Origin: an uncultured archaeon
GTDB lineage: Archaea; Thermoproteota; Bathyarchaeia; Bathyarchaeales; Bathycorpusculaceae
Assembly (NCBI GenBank): GCA_963782915.1
Contig: CAWALK010000012.1
Span: forward strand, 96,001-160,000
DNA: 64,000 bases
Direction of reading: 5' to 3'
Shown: one piece after another, positions 1-10,702 of the stretch
Layout of the letters: each line of letters opens with the position of its first letter
Numbering within the stretch: the first letter of the stretch is position 1
Position numbers and translations under genes: made by a program
Notes under the pieces: model-generated
Database searches by the model: none
What the model was told of the DNA's origin: nothing
The model's input: only the letters and a program-made list of their open reading frames with translations

Positions 1-87
1 TCTTCCAGCGGCTTGTAGTTTGCAGTCTATTTTTGTTTTTGCGTTTGGTGGGCGTTGCAGGTTGGTTGTGGAGACTTGTGCAAGTTG

Positions 88-2320
88 TTATCTTTTCATG
101 AAGACTTTTAGCAGGAGTACAGCCGCCAACAAAACGAGAATAACGATGACTATGATGACTGCGAAAACCCAGATAGGCCATGTTGTAGTCGGCGGCTGGG
201 TTTCAACTGCTGGACCGAAAGCGTAGATGATGTGGTCGTAGGAGCCGACGTATAGGGTGTCGTGGCTGAGGGCTGGAGAAGAAACCACTTTATCTCCCGT
301 TTGGTAACTCCAACGGAGCATCCCAGTTAGAGCGTTCACTGCGTAGACTTTGCCGTCGTAGGAACCAAATATCACCGCCCAATTCGTTACCACAGGTGAA
401 GACGCAACCTCACCATTCGTTGTATACTTCCAGACGAGTTCTCCGTTGGTAGCATTCAATGCGTAGAGGCTCCTGTCTGCTGAGCCCACATAGACATATC
501 CTTTGGCAAGGGCCCCTGTAGACGAAACAGCGCCGCCCGTAGTGTATTTCCAGAGTAATTCGCCGTTCTGTGTGTTTAGGGCGTAGATGTTGTGGTCGTA
601 TGAGCCAATGTAGAGTACGCTGTCTTGGATTGCTGGTGAACTGACAACGTAGCCGCCTGTCGTGTACTTCCATAGTAAGTCGCCGTTTGTGGCGTCTAGC
701 GCGTAGATGTTGCCGTCGTTTGAGCCTATGTAGACTGCGCCGTCTGCGTATGCTGGTGAGGAGAGGGTGATTTGGTCGTCTGTGGTGTACTTCCAGATTA
801 AGTCGCCGTTAGAAGCGTTTAGTGCGTAGATGCTGTTATCTTCTGATCCCACATAGACTACGCCGTTAACTACTGTAGGCGAGGAGACAACTGCATAGCC
901 TGTTTGGTAGCTCCACAGATAACTCCCCGTCATGGCGTTTAGGGCGTAGATTTTGCCGTTATATCCACCCACGTAAAGCCTGCCCTCCGTTACCGCGGCT
1001 GAAGAGAACATAATCATGTCGCCCGTATCATAGCTCCAGACGACAGTATTGTGCAGTTCCCAATCGTAGCCCACCATACCCGTGGAGGCGTTCAGGCAGT
1101 AGATTTTCCCATCATGCGACCCCACATACAGCAGCCCATACATGATTGTGGGCGAGGCGTCGATTTGGCCGCCTGTAGCAAAACTCCACAGCAACCTCCC
1201 ATCCGCAGCGTTGAGTGCGTAGAGTTTGCCATCCCACGACCCAACAAAAACCCTACCCGCTGAAACTTCGGGACGAGAAATAATTTGATCACCCGTAGTG
1301 TAACTCCAAATCTGGTTGCCGTCTTGGAGGCTAAGCGCGTAAACTTTCATATCATTAGAACCAATGAACACAACTCCATCGGCAATGTTGGGCGAAGAAG
1401 CTATGCCCGCGCCAGTTATGTAACTCCAAACTTTATCCCCTGACGAGGCATTCAATGCGTAAACCTGATTATCCAGAGAACCAAAAACCACCAAGCCCTC
1501 CGAAACCGCAGGAGAAGAATAAACCCCGTTGCCTGTTGTGTATTTCCATTTCAGAGCTGCCACTGGCTGTATCGAGTGCATAGAGGTTGCCGTCTGAGGA
1601 ACCAACATAAACAGTGCCGTCTGCTACGGCAGGGGTAGAGACGATCTCGTTACCCGTTGTGTAGCTCCATGCCAGTGAGCCTGTGGTTGCGTTTAGGGCG
1701 TAAAGTTTGTGGTCAAGTGACCCCACATAGACGTTGCCGCCGCTGACGGTTGTGGAGGAGAGCATAATTTTATCGCCTGTTTGGTAACTCCAGAGTACTG
1801 CACCTGTTTGGAGTGAGAGGGCGTAGACTTTGCTGTCCTCCGAACCGAAGTAAACCACGCCGTCAACTATTGTTGGGTCGGAGTCAACATAGTAACCCGT
1901 GGCGAAACTCCAAAGTTTGGCGCCCGTTGCAGCATTAAACGCATAGAGGTTGCGATCTTCAGAACCGACGCAGACAATGCCATCTGAGACTGCGGGTTTT
2001 GAGATTATTATGCCGCCTGTTTCTGAAGTCCAGAATATACTGCCTGTTTGGGCATAAAATGCATAGAGCTTATGGTCATAAGAGCCAACATAAATTATCC
2101 CACCGACCGCTGTTGGCGAGCCAACTTGTCCGCCCGTATTGAATCTCCACAGCGTTTGATTTGTCATCGGCGCAACCGCATCCGTGTTGCCTGTATGTGT
2201 GGCGTCTCGGTGGAACATTGGCCACTCATCGTTAGAACTAGGCTGCCCAAACACCACTGAAGGCACCAGAAACAGCAACATAAGTGCGAAGCAGACTATT
2301 GCCTTGTTAACTTTGTCCAC
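88..2320 (-). CDS. Secreted PQQ-like (BamB-type) beta-propeller repeat protein with C-terminal TM anchor; split by one frameshift near 1555
   Basis: ORF 1469..2320 has a signal peptide and a WPMF motif. ORF 88..1608 continues the same ~40-aa repeat (SSPAVxxGxVYVGSxDxxLYALNAxxGxxxWxYxTG). The frames join at ...DTASG/LKWKYTTG. Hydrophobic C-terminus followed by KR. Confidence 0.9.
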
Positions 2321-2407
2321 CCAGAATAGAATGGTGTTTCAACACTAAAGATTTTTTCGCTAAAACAAAAAAAATATTTAAAAGAAGAATTACTAGGAAA
2401 AAGTAGT

Positions 2408-3508
2408 TTACTTCTTCTCTTTCTTTTGCATCTCAGCCCAAGCCTTAGGAATATAGCCACAGGCTGGGTCAGCCTCAGTAATGTCGCCAGTGTAGGCGTA
2501 CGCTCGGTTTCTGCATCCACCACAAACATCAAGATATTCGCAGACTCCGCATTTGCCTTTGACGACTTTGCGGTCTTGGAATCTGTTGTAGTATTTTGAG
2601 GCTTTGACTTCTTCCCATGCTTGGGTTAAGGGTTTGCTGCGGATGTTGCCTAGCATCATGGGTTCGTTGGGTTGGAGGTCAGTGTAGAAGCAGGGGATTA
2701 AGTCGCCGTTTTCGGTTACGCTTAGGTAGCCGCCGAATGCGAAGTAAGTGCATTTGCCGTGGAACTCTTTCTCGTACCATTCGTTGAATTCTTTTTCTGG
2801 AAGGCGCTGTTTGACGACGCGTGCGAAGAATGGGCAGTGTACGTGGACTTCGAATTTGCCTCTGTATTTCTCGGTGATGTCCCAGATGTGGTTGAGTACC
2901 TCTTCGTACTGTTCGGGGGTGGGTTCTAGTTCCATGGTGGTTTTGGCTCTGCCGCTGGGCACAAGCGCGTTGTACCAGACAAAGTTAGCGTGGTACTTTT
3001 CTGCGAGTTCGGCGACGTGGTCGAGGTGTTTTAGGTTAACTGTTGTTATGGCGCAGGCTAAGCCGTTTAGGATTTTGCCTTCGGCGAGTTTTTCGATGGC
3101 TGCAAGGGCTTTTTTGTAGCTGCCTTTGCCGCGGAGTTCATCGTTGATTTCTTCAGGGCCATCAATGCTTACTGATGACCAAATTTGGTTCTTGACTAAG
3201 TTATCGTAGATTTTGCCGTCAACAAATGCGCCGTTGGTTAAAATGCACACGTTGAGGCCTTTACTTTTTGCGTAGGTGGCGATTTCAAAGATGTCTGGTC
3301 GTGTGAGGGGTTCGCCGCCTTTTAAGCCGAACCATTTTACACCGAATTTGTGCACTTCATCAACGAGGTGGAAGGCTTCTTGCGTTGTCATTTCTCTTGG
3401 GGCATGCTGTCCTGTGGCGTCTACGTTGCAGTATTTGCATCGTGCGTTACAGGCGCCGGTGGCACGCCAAGAAGTCATAAGAAGTGGACCTTTATGTTCA
3501 TCAGTCAA
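2408..3508 (-). CDS. Radical SAM/SPASM-domain protein (PqqE/AhbC-D-like superfamily)
   Basis: CNARCKYC radical SAM motif and GGEP. SPASM cysteines: C..GDLIPC and GKCGVCEYLDVCGGCR..C. Confidence 0.9.
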   Translation of the reverse strand: MTDEHKGPLLMTSWRATGACNARCKYCNVDATGQHAPREMTTQEAFHLVDEVHKFGVKWFGLKGGEPLTRPDIFEIATYAKSKGLNVCILTNGAFVDGKIYDNLVKNQIWSSVSIDGPEEINDELRGKGSYKKALAAIEKLAEGKILNGLACAITTVNLKHLDHVAELAEKYHANFVWYNALVPSGRAKTTMELEPTPEQYEEVLNHIWDITEKYRGKFEVHVHCPFFARVVKQRLPEKEFNEWYEKEFHGKCTYFAFGGYLSVTENGDLIPCFYTDLQPNEPMMLGNIRSKPLTQAWEEVKASKYYNRFQDRKVVKGKCGVCEYLDVCGGCRNRAYAYTGDITEADPACGYIPKAWAEMQKKEKK

Positions 3509-3812
3509 ACTAGAATCCTCTCTCGGTTCCGTTTTTCATTGTTGACTTTAAGGGTTGTTTTCGCCCTAAAATAGTTTACTTGTTGCTTGGCTGTTTTGGT
3601 TTTCTCTTCTTTTTCGCAAGTTTCGCCATCAAGAATTAGAAAAATCTGTGTTTTGTTAGGTTTTGAGTAAACTTTATAGTACAATATGGGTCTGTGTATG
3701 ACTTGGGGCAAGGAATCGACGTATCTCTTGATCAGAATCCAAACTTCGCCCAAAACCTCTGGGGGTAATTATAATTAACAAAAAAATCCTGGTAACCATT
3801 GCTTTAGTTTTC

Positions 3813-6299
3813 TTGATGTTTTCTTCAGTATTTGCTTCTCTTTCTGTCCATGTATTTGCTCAAGCCGCTGGCAGCGAGAATGAGTATGAGTGGACGCAGC
3901 TTCAAGGCGACTCTTCCACTACTCGCTTCTCCGCGGGGCCTGCTCCAGATACTTCTAACGTACTGTGGAAAGCGAACATAACAGGCATACAGCCCTACCT
4001 ATCGGCGTTTAACGGCAAAATATACGTCGCCAGCACCACCACCGTCTATGCGCTGAACCAAAACGGCAATATTGTTTGGCAAACAAACTTCCCAAACGCC
4101 ACAACCTGGCCAATCGCATACAAAATCGACAATTCTCATATGATTATAGAAAATTATTGCTTTGACCCCGAGACTGGTGCTCTGCTCTGGTTAAGCCCCG
4201 TTTTTAACGCTTACACGGGAATCTTCAACTCTAACGTTTACAGCCCAGAAGAGCAAATGTTCTACGTTAAAGTTGATAGCTACATTGAAGCTTGGAGCTT
4301 CGCCAATCCCAGCCAGCCACCTACAATGATCTGGCGCACCTACATCAGAGGCGGCGGAATAACAGGCATCGGAACAACCTATGGCGACGGAAAAGTCTTC
4401 ACAGGCTCATTCGAGAACATCCAATATGCATTAGACGCCAAAACCGGCAAAACCCTCTGGACAACCAACACCAAAGGCCCCATGGTTTTCACAGGCGCCT
4501 ACGCAGACGGCCTCTACTTCAAAGGCGGAAGCGACGACAACACCATGTACGCTTTTAACGCATCGACAGGCAAAATCGTCTGGACCTACACCCCCGAAAC
4601 AAACGGTTACTTCGTCACGGGCTGTGCAGTCGCCTACGGCATGGTTTACGAGATGAACAAAGACGGTTACCTCTACGCTTTCAACATGTATACCGGCGAC
4701 TTGATGTGGAAATACAAGGGTCCCAACGACTCGTTAATGTGGCCTGGAATGCCCACGGTTGCAGACGGCAAAATCTACTTAACTACAGGCGAATCCGCAC
4801 AATACAACGGACCGGCCGGCACCTCAGAATTTTCTTGCCTAAACGCTTACACCGGACAACAAATTTGGAAACTATCAGACATGGAAGCCCTGCCTCCACG
4901 GGAATCAGCTATCGTGGCTTATGGCACCCTATACATTATCCCCGGCGACGTCACAACCTCAGTCGACACCATTTCAGGCAACGAATACGCCACTGACCAG
5001 CAAGTCTTGGCGATAAAGGATATATCCCCTGATGGAACTCCGACCAAAGTCTCCACTAACTGGAAACAGTGGCGAAATGACCCAACCCACTCCTCAACCG
5101 CATCTGTTGGGCCCGCAAGTTTGAACGTTGCATGGAAGTTTGAAACGGGTGGCTCTGTTATTTCTTCGCCGAGTGTCTCTGATGACATAGTCTATGTGGG
5201 TTCAACGGATGGCTACATCTATGCGTTAGGTGCTTGGGGCGGTAACTTGATTTGGAAATTTAAGACCGATGCACCGGTCGAATCCTCCGTTGCAGTTGCT
5301 AATGGTTATGTGTATACGGGCGGCGATGACGGTTACGTGTACTGCCTCAACCCCTGCACAGGCGCGCAGGTGTGGAAGACGTTTGTTAACGGTAACCAGG
5401 AGTTCACTTTCGGGAACTTGGTTCTGAAATCTTCCCCAGCTGTTGTGGATAAAACAGTTTACATCGGCTCCCTCGATGGCTACCTTTACGCTTTAGATGC
5501 GGATACTGGGAACATTAAATGGAAAACCCCAGCACAAGGACCCATCGAATCATCCCCCGCCGTAGCAGATGGCGCAGTATATTTCACGGCAGAAGAACCT
5601 ACCACTGGTGTTGTCTATAAGCTCGATGCAGCAACTGGCCAAGTGCTCTGGAACTTCAGCATCGCCTATCGCCCATCATTCACGGGCGGAAACCAAATGC
5701 TCGGTTCACCCAGCGTTGCGGAGGGTAAAGTGTTTGCGTCCTCAAACTGGGGCGACTACTACGCTCTTGACACCCAAACAGGCGCAGAAATATGGCACTT
5801 CTACGACACCACCGCCACCGAATTCATCGTATCCTCCCCAATTTGGGTTGACGGCAAAGTCTACTTAATCGACAAATTCGACTTAGCATGCGTAGACGGC
5901 ACCACAGGCAGCGCCATATGGAGCAAATACACAGGCGACGAACTCTACGTTTCACCCTCCTACGCAGACGGCAAAGTCTACATGGTTACCAGTCAACGCC
6001 ACATATTCGTACTCGACGTAGCCAACGGCGGAGTCATAATCGCCAACGCCACCACCGACTCAAGCAGCTGGTCTTCACCCACCATCGCTAACGACAGATT
6101 ATACATCGGCTGCAACGACTGGAACGTCTACTGCTTCGCAGAAACAATCACTCCCCAAACCACCACCACAACAGCAACTCCCGCCCCAACCAGCGGCTCC
6201 GAAGCACCATCAATAATCTACCTTATCGTAATGATAATCGCTATAGTCGCAGTCGCAGCAGTATTGACTTACAGAATAAAAACAGCTAAATTGCAATAG
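3813..6299 (+). CDS. Secreted double PQQ-like beta-propeller protein with Thr/Pro linker and C-terminal TM anchor (true start probably ~3771-3774)
   Basis: Two propeller modules opened by EWTQLQGD and NWKQWRND. Repeated SSPxVxxGxVY/LYALDAxTG motifs. TTTTTATPAP linker and hydrophobic tail. Confidence 0.88.
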   Translation: MMFSSVFASLSVHVFAQAAGSENEYEWTQLQGDSSTTRFSAGPAPDTSNVLWKANITGIQPYLSAFNGKIYVASTTTVYALNQNGNIVWQTNFPNATTWPIAYKIDNSHMIIENYCFDPETGALLWLSPVFNAYTGIFNSNVYSPEEQMFYVKVDSYIEAWSFANPSQPPTMIWRTYIRGGGITGIGTTYGDGKVFTGSFENIQYALDAKTGKTLWTTNTKGPMVFTGAYADGLYFKGGSDDNTMYAFNASTGKIVWTYTPETNGYFVTGCAVAYGMVYEMNKDGYLYAFNMYTGDLMWKYKGPNDSLMWPGMPTVADGKIYLTTGESAQYNGPAGTSEFSCLNAYTGQQIWKLSDMEALPPRESAIVAYGTLYIIPGDVTTSVDTISGNEYATDQQVLAIKDISPDGTPTKVSTNWKQWRNDPTHSSTASVGPASLNVAWKFETGGSVISSPSVSDDIVYVGSTDGYIYALGAWGGNLIWKFKTDAPVESSVAVANGYVYTGGDDGYVYCLNPCTGAQVWKTFVNGNQEFTFGNLVLKSSPAVVDKTVYIGSLDGYLYALDADTGNIKWKTPAQGPIESSPAVADGAVYFTAEEPTTGVVYKLDAATGQVLWNFSIAYRPSFTGGNQMLGSPSVAEGKVFASSNWGDYYALDTQTGAEIWHFYDTTATEFIVSSPIWVDGKVYLIDKFDLACVDGTTGSAIWSKYTGDELYVSPSYADGKVYMVTSQRHIFVLDVANGGVIIANATTDSSSWSSPTIANDRLYIGCNDWNVYCFAETITPQTTTTTATPAPTSGSEAPSIIYLIVMIIAIVAVAAVLTYRIKTAKLQ

Positions 6300-6300
6300 C

Positions 6301-7776
6301 TTAAGCTTGGGCTTCCTGCTCTTTAGTGGAAGTACTATAGCCGCCGGCGCTCTTCTTTGCGCCCCTCACTTTACTTAATCTTCTAAAAGTCCACATGGCT
6401 GCTTTATTATTCCAAACCAGATGGTTCAGCGCTGCCCGTGCCATGATTTGGCTGTAGAAATCTCCTTTGAGTTTTTTGCGCAGGAAATAGCCTGTGGTGA
6501 AGTAGTGGTCGAAGAATTCCTTCTTGACCTCTTCGAGTCTCTCGAGTGGGAGGAGTGTGTTTGTGAAGATTTGGGTTTCTTCGCGGTACTGGTTCCAAGT
6601 CGAGGGTACTTCTAAGCCGAGTTCTTTGATGAAGCTGGCTAATTCGGTGCCTGGGTATGGGACTGCTTCGCACATGTAGACGTAGTCGGGTTTGGTTTTG
6701 TGGAGGAAATCGATGGTTTGCTGCAGCATCTCGGGGGTTTCAGTGGGGTAACCGATGACCAGTGAGACGGCGACGGATAAGCCTGCTTCTTTAGCCCATT
6801 TGATGGCTTGCGCGTTTAATTCGACGGTGGTGCCTTTGCGCATGAGTTTGAGCATTTCTGGGCTGCCTGATTCGACGCCGAAATGGATAAGCTGGCAGTT
6901 AGTAGCCTTCAACTTCGCCAAAAGCTCTTTTGAGACGCGGTCGACTCTGGTTCTGCAATCCCATGGAAGGTCTACTTTGCGTTTCTGCATCTCATCACAG
7001 ATAGCAAAAGCACGCTTCAAATCAAAAGTAAACGTATCATCATAGAAAGCAAACGCGCCCGCATGGTACTCATCCCTTAACCATTCCAGTTCATCCACAA
7101 CTTTACTTGGGCTCCGTCCGCGGAAGCCGTGACCGCACATTTTCCTTGCTAAACAGAACGTGCATGCGGATGGGCAGCCTCGGCTGGTGATGATGGGCAT
7201 GTAGTTTACGCCGAAGAGTTTGTACATGTTTGTGTCGAAGTGGTGATGGGCTGGGTGGGGTAGTGAGTCGATGTCTGTCATGAAGGGGCGGTCGGGTGTT
7301 TGGATGATTTGGTTGTTGTTTTTGTATGTGATGCCTTGGACTTGGCTGAGGTTTTTGAGGTTACCCTCCGAAACCATTTTTGCCAATTCGAGCATGGTTT
7401 GTTCGCCTTCACCGCGAACTACGATGTCAAGGTTGCCGCTTTCATTGATTGCTTCTTGGTCAAGCACGGTTACGTGGGGTCCACCCATCAGCGTCAAAGC
7501 TTTGGGCACTGCGGCTTTGGCTGTTTTCAAAACATCAAGTGCTGGCAGATAAGTAACAGTAGCCGAGGTAACGCCGATAATGTCGGGGTTTAAACTTCGG
7601 AATTTCTCTTCCAACGTTTTCTGGTCTGGCTTGGTGATTTGGCAATCAACCACATCAACCTTGTAACCTTCCTGTTCGAGAACTGCTGCCAAGTAGCCGA
7701 TGCCAAGCGGCAGAAAGATAGATTGTGAAGCTTCTGGCGGATATGGTGGATTTACAAGTGCTACGTGGGCTTTCAC
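6301..7776 (-). CDS. B12-binding-domain radical SAM protein (class B methylase / Grs-Gmm-like superfamily), paralog 1
   Basis: N-terminal LVNPP..PLGIGYLAA, GGPH and RGEGE; SRGCPSACTFC; FGVESG. Likely GTG start at 7776. Confidence 0.92.
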   Translation of the reverse strand: MKAHVALVNPPYPPEASQSIFLPLGIGYLAAVLEQEGYKVDVVDCQITKPDQKTLEEKFRSLNPDIIGVTSATVTYLPALDVLKTAKAAVPKALTLMGGPHVTVLDQEAINESGNLDIVVRGEGEQTMLELAKMVSEGNLKNLSQVQGITYKNNNQIIQTPDRPFMTDIDSLPHPAHHHFDTNMYKLFGVNYMPIITSRGCPSACTFCLARKMCGHGFRGRSPSKVVDELEWLRDEYHAGAFAFYDDTFTFDLKRAFAICDEMQKRKVDLPWDCRTRVDRVSKELLAKLKATNCQLIHFGVESGSPEMLKLMRKGTTVELNAQAIKWAKEAGLSVAVSLVIGYPTETPEMLQQTIDFLHKTKPDYVYMCEAVPYPGTELASFIKELGLEVPSTWNQYREETQIFTNTLLPLERLEEVKKEFFDHYFTTGYFLRKKLKGDFYSQIMARAALNHLVWNNKAAMWTFRRLSKVRGAKKSAGGYSTSTKEQEAQA

Positions 7777-7935
7777 GTTGGTACCCCAAGATTTACTGAA
7801 AAACACGGTCTGCGAAGCTATTATGTTTTACGTAAATTGCCATCGGTATGCGCTTTGTGGTTGCAAAAACGGAAGGTTTTTTATTTTAACCACCCAACTA
7901 GCGATCTATCTATCATTGTCTTGGAGTAAAGTGGC

Positions 7936-9483
7936 TTGTCAGCGGACTTAGCAATCATAAATGCAAACATAAAAACCATGAACCCCAACCAACCCACCGC
8001 ACAAGCAGTAGCCATAACCAAAAACAGAATCACCAAAGTCGGCTCCAACCAAGACATAGAACCCCTAATCGGCGAGTCCACCACGGTCATGGACCTAGAA
8101 GGTAAAACTGTTCTGCCTGGATTAATTGATACCCACATCCACGTCGCCGATTATGGGCGATGTCTCATGTGGCTCGACCTTTCGAGCGCAAAATCCATCG
8201 CAGAACTCCAACAACTCATCAAAGAAAAAGCAAAAACCCTGTTTTCTGGTCAATGGATTATTGGGCAAGGCTGGAACGAAACCCGCTTCAAAGAACAGCG
8301 AGTGCCCTCAGCCGAGGATTTGGATGAGGCTTCACCCAACAACCCAGTTATCCTCTACCGCGAAGCAGCCATGATTTGCGCAGCCAACACAAAAGCAATC
8401 GAGCTAGCAAAAGTAACTGAACAAACCTCTGCACCCCAAGGCGGCGCAATAGACAAAACCGCAAGCGGCAAACCCATGGGCATTTTCCGCGACACCGCCG
8501 CCAATCTCATTTGGCAAGCCGTGCCCGAACCCACCGAGGACGAGTTGCTGGCGGCAACGGCGCAGGCATGCCAAAAAATCTTCCAAGCAGGCATAACCAG
8601 CCTCAACTGGCTCGTTATCTCGGAGGGCGAACTCTCGATAATCCAGCGGCTGCACGAGCAGGACAGGTTGCTTTTCAGAGTTAACGTGGTGGTTCCAGAG
8701 GCGTTGCTGGAGAAAGTCGTTGCTTTAAAGTCAAAAGACCGTGACGTGCTGCGGGTTGGGGGCGCCTTCATCGTCGTCGACGGCTACTTAGACTCCAAAG
8801 AAGCCGCATTGCAGAAACCCTACAGTGACGACCCAAGCAACTGCGGCAAAATGCTTCTCACACAAGAGGCATTGGCTAATTCGGTTCAGAGAGCAATTGC
8901 CTTTGGTGTTCAACCAGTCATCCACGCTATGGGCGACAAAGCCATCGATACAACACTAACAGTGATCGAGCAAACCAAAAAAACGGACATTCGCTTCCGA
9001 ATCGAACAGGCTGCAGTCCTAGATAAATTATTAATCAAGCGCCTCAAAAAACAAGATGTCGTCGTTTCCATCCAGCCTAAAGTTATTTCAACGGAATTCA
9101 CGGTTTGGTCAGCTAATCAGCGCCTTGGCAACCGCGCACGACTGCTACATCCACTCAAAACCCTCCTTGATGAAGGCGTTAGGGTTGCGGCTGGTTCAGA
9201 TTGTCCTATGGAGCCGTTGAGTGCACTGTTGGGTGTTCAGGAAATGGTGACAAGGCAAAGCTATCCCGAGCAACGACTCAGTGTTGACGAAGCAATTCGT
9301 CTGTACACTTTGGATGCCGCTTACTGTTCGGGTGAAGAGAACATTAAGGGTTCCATTGAAGAGGGCAAACTAGCCGACCTAACAATCCTTTCTAAGGACC
9401 TTGCATCGGTTGAGCCTGGAAAAATCAGTCAAGTAGCCGTAGATTTTGTTGTATTAAACGGCAAAGTGCTAGTCGTTACCTAG
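7936..9483 (+). CDS. Amidohydrolase 3 (YtcJ-like) metal-dependent hydrolase
   Basis: PGLIDTHIH, HAMGD, AGSDCP and GSIEEGKLADL motifs. Confidence 0.9.
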   Translation: MSADLAIINANIKTMNPNQPTAQAVAITKNRITKVGSNQDIEPLIGESTTVMDLEGKTVLPGLIDTHIHVADYGRCLMWLDLSSAKSIAELQQLIKEKAKTLFSGQWIIGQGWNETRFKEQRVPSAEDLDEASPNNPVILYREAAMICAANTKAIELAKVTEQTSAPQGGAIDKTASGKPMGIFRDTAANLIWQAVPEPTEDELLAATAQACQKIFQAGITSLNWLVISEGELSIIQRLHEQDRLLFRVNVVVPEALLEKVVALKSKDRDVLRVGGAFIVVDGYLDSKEAALQKPYSDDPSNCGKMLLTQEALANSVQRAIAFGVQPVIHAMGDKAIDTTLTVIEQTKKTDIRFRIEQAAVLDKLLIKRLKKQDVVVSIQPKVISTEFTVWSANQRLGNRARLLHPLKTLLDEGVRVAAGSDCPMEPLSALLGVQEMVTRQSYPEQRLSVDEAIRLYTLDAAYCSGEENIKGSIEEGKLADLTILSKDLASVEPGKISQVAVDFVVLNGKVLVVT

Positions 9484-9646
9484 ATAGCAAAGTGGCAGTA
9501 AGTCTATTGCTGGGCTTGATTTGGGAAGAGTGTGTTATCGCCAAACCCTTGAACAATGGGCGTACCTGTGAGGTTGGGTTAAGCTGCAAAAATATTTAGT
9601 CACTATACCCAAACTGAAATCTGACTTATGAGTCCGACTGGATGCT

Positions 9647-9684
9647 TATTATAGGGGATAGGGGGTAGCTGGCAGAGCAACAAA
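9647..9684 (+). repeat. G-box intergenic repeat unit A
   Basis: TATTATAGGGGATAGGGGGTAGCTGGCAGAGCAACAAA matches the consensus of the other copies. Confidence 0.75.
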
Positions 9685-9877
9685 TCCCCGACTCAAGTAA
9701 AGGTGGGAAATCGGTCTTCTCTGCTGAGAAGTCGTTTGGTTCCAACATAATTTTTGCTAACCAGTCTGCGGCAAATGCGCACTCAAAACAAGCTACACCC
9801 AACAATCCTCAAAACAAACAGCTACCACTCCAACGAATGCAGCTTCTTAAGCTTTCCTGACCAGCACTTGTGCAGCC

Positions 9878-9914
9878 TATAAATAAGGGAGGGGGTAGGT
9901 CACAGAGAGCAAAC
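9878..9914 (+). repeat. G-box intergenic repeat unit B
   Basis: TATAAATAAGGGAGGGGGTAGGTCACAGAGAGCAAAC. The first 20 nt are identical to 30221-30240. Confidence 0.85.
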
Positions 9915-9927
9915 CTGTCTTTTGGTG

Positions 9928-9973
9928 TGTTCCAGTTGAGGAACACTTTGTTCCATGGGGAGAGCTAAAGGTC
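9928..9973 (+). promoter_or_regulatory. Candidate operator TGTTCC-N6-GGAACA plus extra TGTTCC half-site
   Basis: TGTTCCAGTTGAGGAACACTTTGTTCC..CTAAAGGTC. The same architecture occurs at 51807-51852. Confidence 0.6.
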
Positions 9974-10004
9974 ATCATGGCAAGATGTTATATGTGGTTA
10001 AACG

Positions 10005-10688
10005 GTGAACCAAAAAATTGTAGCCTCTATCCTCTTCGTTATTCTTGTGGCCTTAACTGTTTCAGTGGGAACCCAAAATGTCGCTGCTCAATCAGGCGGA
10101 ATCCCCTATTCAAGTGGGCTGTATCTAATCTCGCCATTAAACACCACCTACACCTCTAACATGTTAACACTCAATGTTTACTTCGATATGGGCATACAAA
10201 CCAAACTAAACTACAGCCTTGACGGCGGCGAACACAGCGGCGACATTCCCTTAACGTACCTTAACAACAGCGAAATAATGTATATCTCAAACTATCAGGG
10301 CATAGTGCCACTCTCACAGCTCTCCGATGGCTCACACGCCCTAACAATAACCGTGGATGCGGAACTCAACGATTTCCATGGAGCAAACCCGCCTGGTGCA
10401 CCATTCAAAGCAACTAACGCTGAAGGCACCAACTTTTCAGCGATTTGGATTCATACAATCTATTTCACGATAGATACATCAAAAGCAACTCAGAATCCAA
10501 CGGTTTCAGCTACTCCAACTCCAACTTTGATAGAGTCGACAAACCAAACCACCACAACACCAACGATGCAGGCGCCTGCAGAGGAACCCCAACAGTTAAC
10601 CTCATTATTACCCATCATAGCGGTTGCCGCAGTCGTTGCCTACATAGCCGTAATCGCTGTACTCATTACAAGAAAAAAATGGAACTAA
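10005..10688 (+). CDS. Secreted/surface protein with Ig-like domain, Thr-rich linker and C-terminal TM
   Basis: Signal peptide; ISPLNTTY..YSLDG..LSDGSHALTI motif; TM followed by RKK. Confidence 0.8.
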   Translation: MNQKIVASILFVILVALTVSVGTQNVAAQSGGIPYSSGLYLISPLNTTYTSNMLTLNVYFDMGIQTKLNYSLDGGEHSGDIPLTYLNNSEIMYISNYQGIVPLSQLSDGSHALTITVDAELNDFHGANPPGAPFKATNAEGTNFSAIWIHTIYFTIDTSKATQNPTVSATPTPTLIESTNQTTTTPTMQAPAEEPQQLTSLLPIIAVAAVVAYIAVIAVLITRKKWN

Positions 10689-10702
10689 TAAAAGTTTGAA
10701 CT

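Noticed and set aside
88-2150. ~120-bp periodic nucleotide repeats that could be mistaken for a CRISPR or tandem array
   Set aside because: They are the coding repeats of beta-propeller blades, with no identical repeats or unique spacers.
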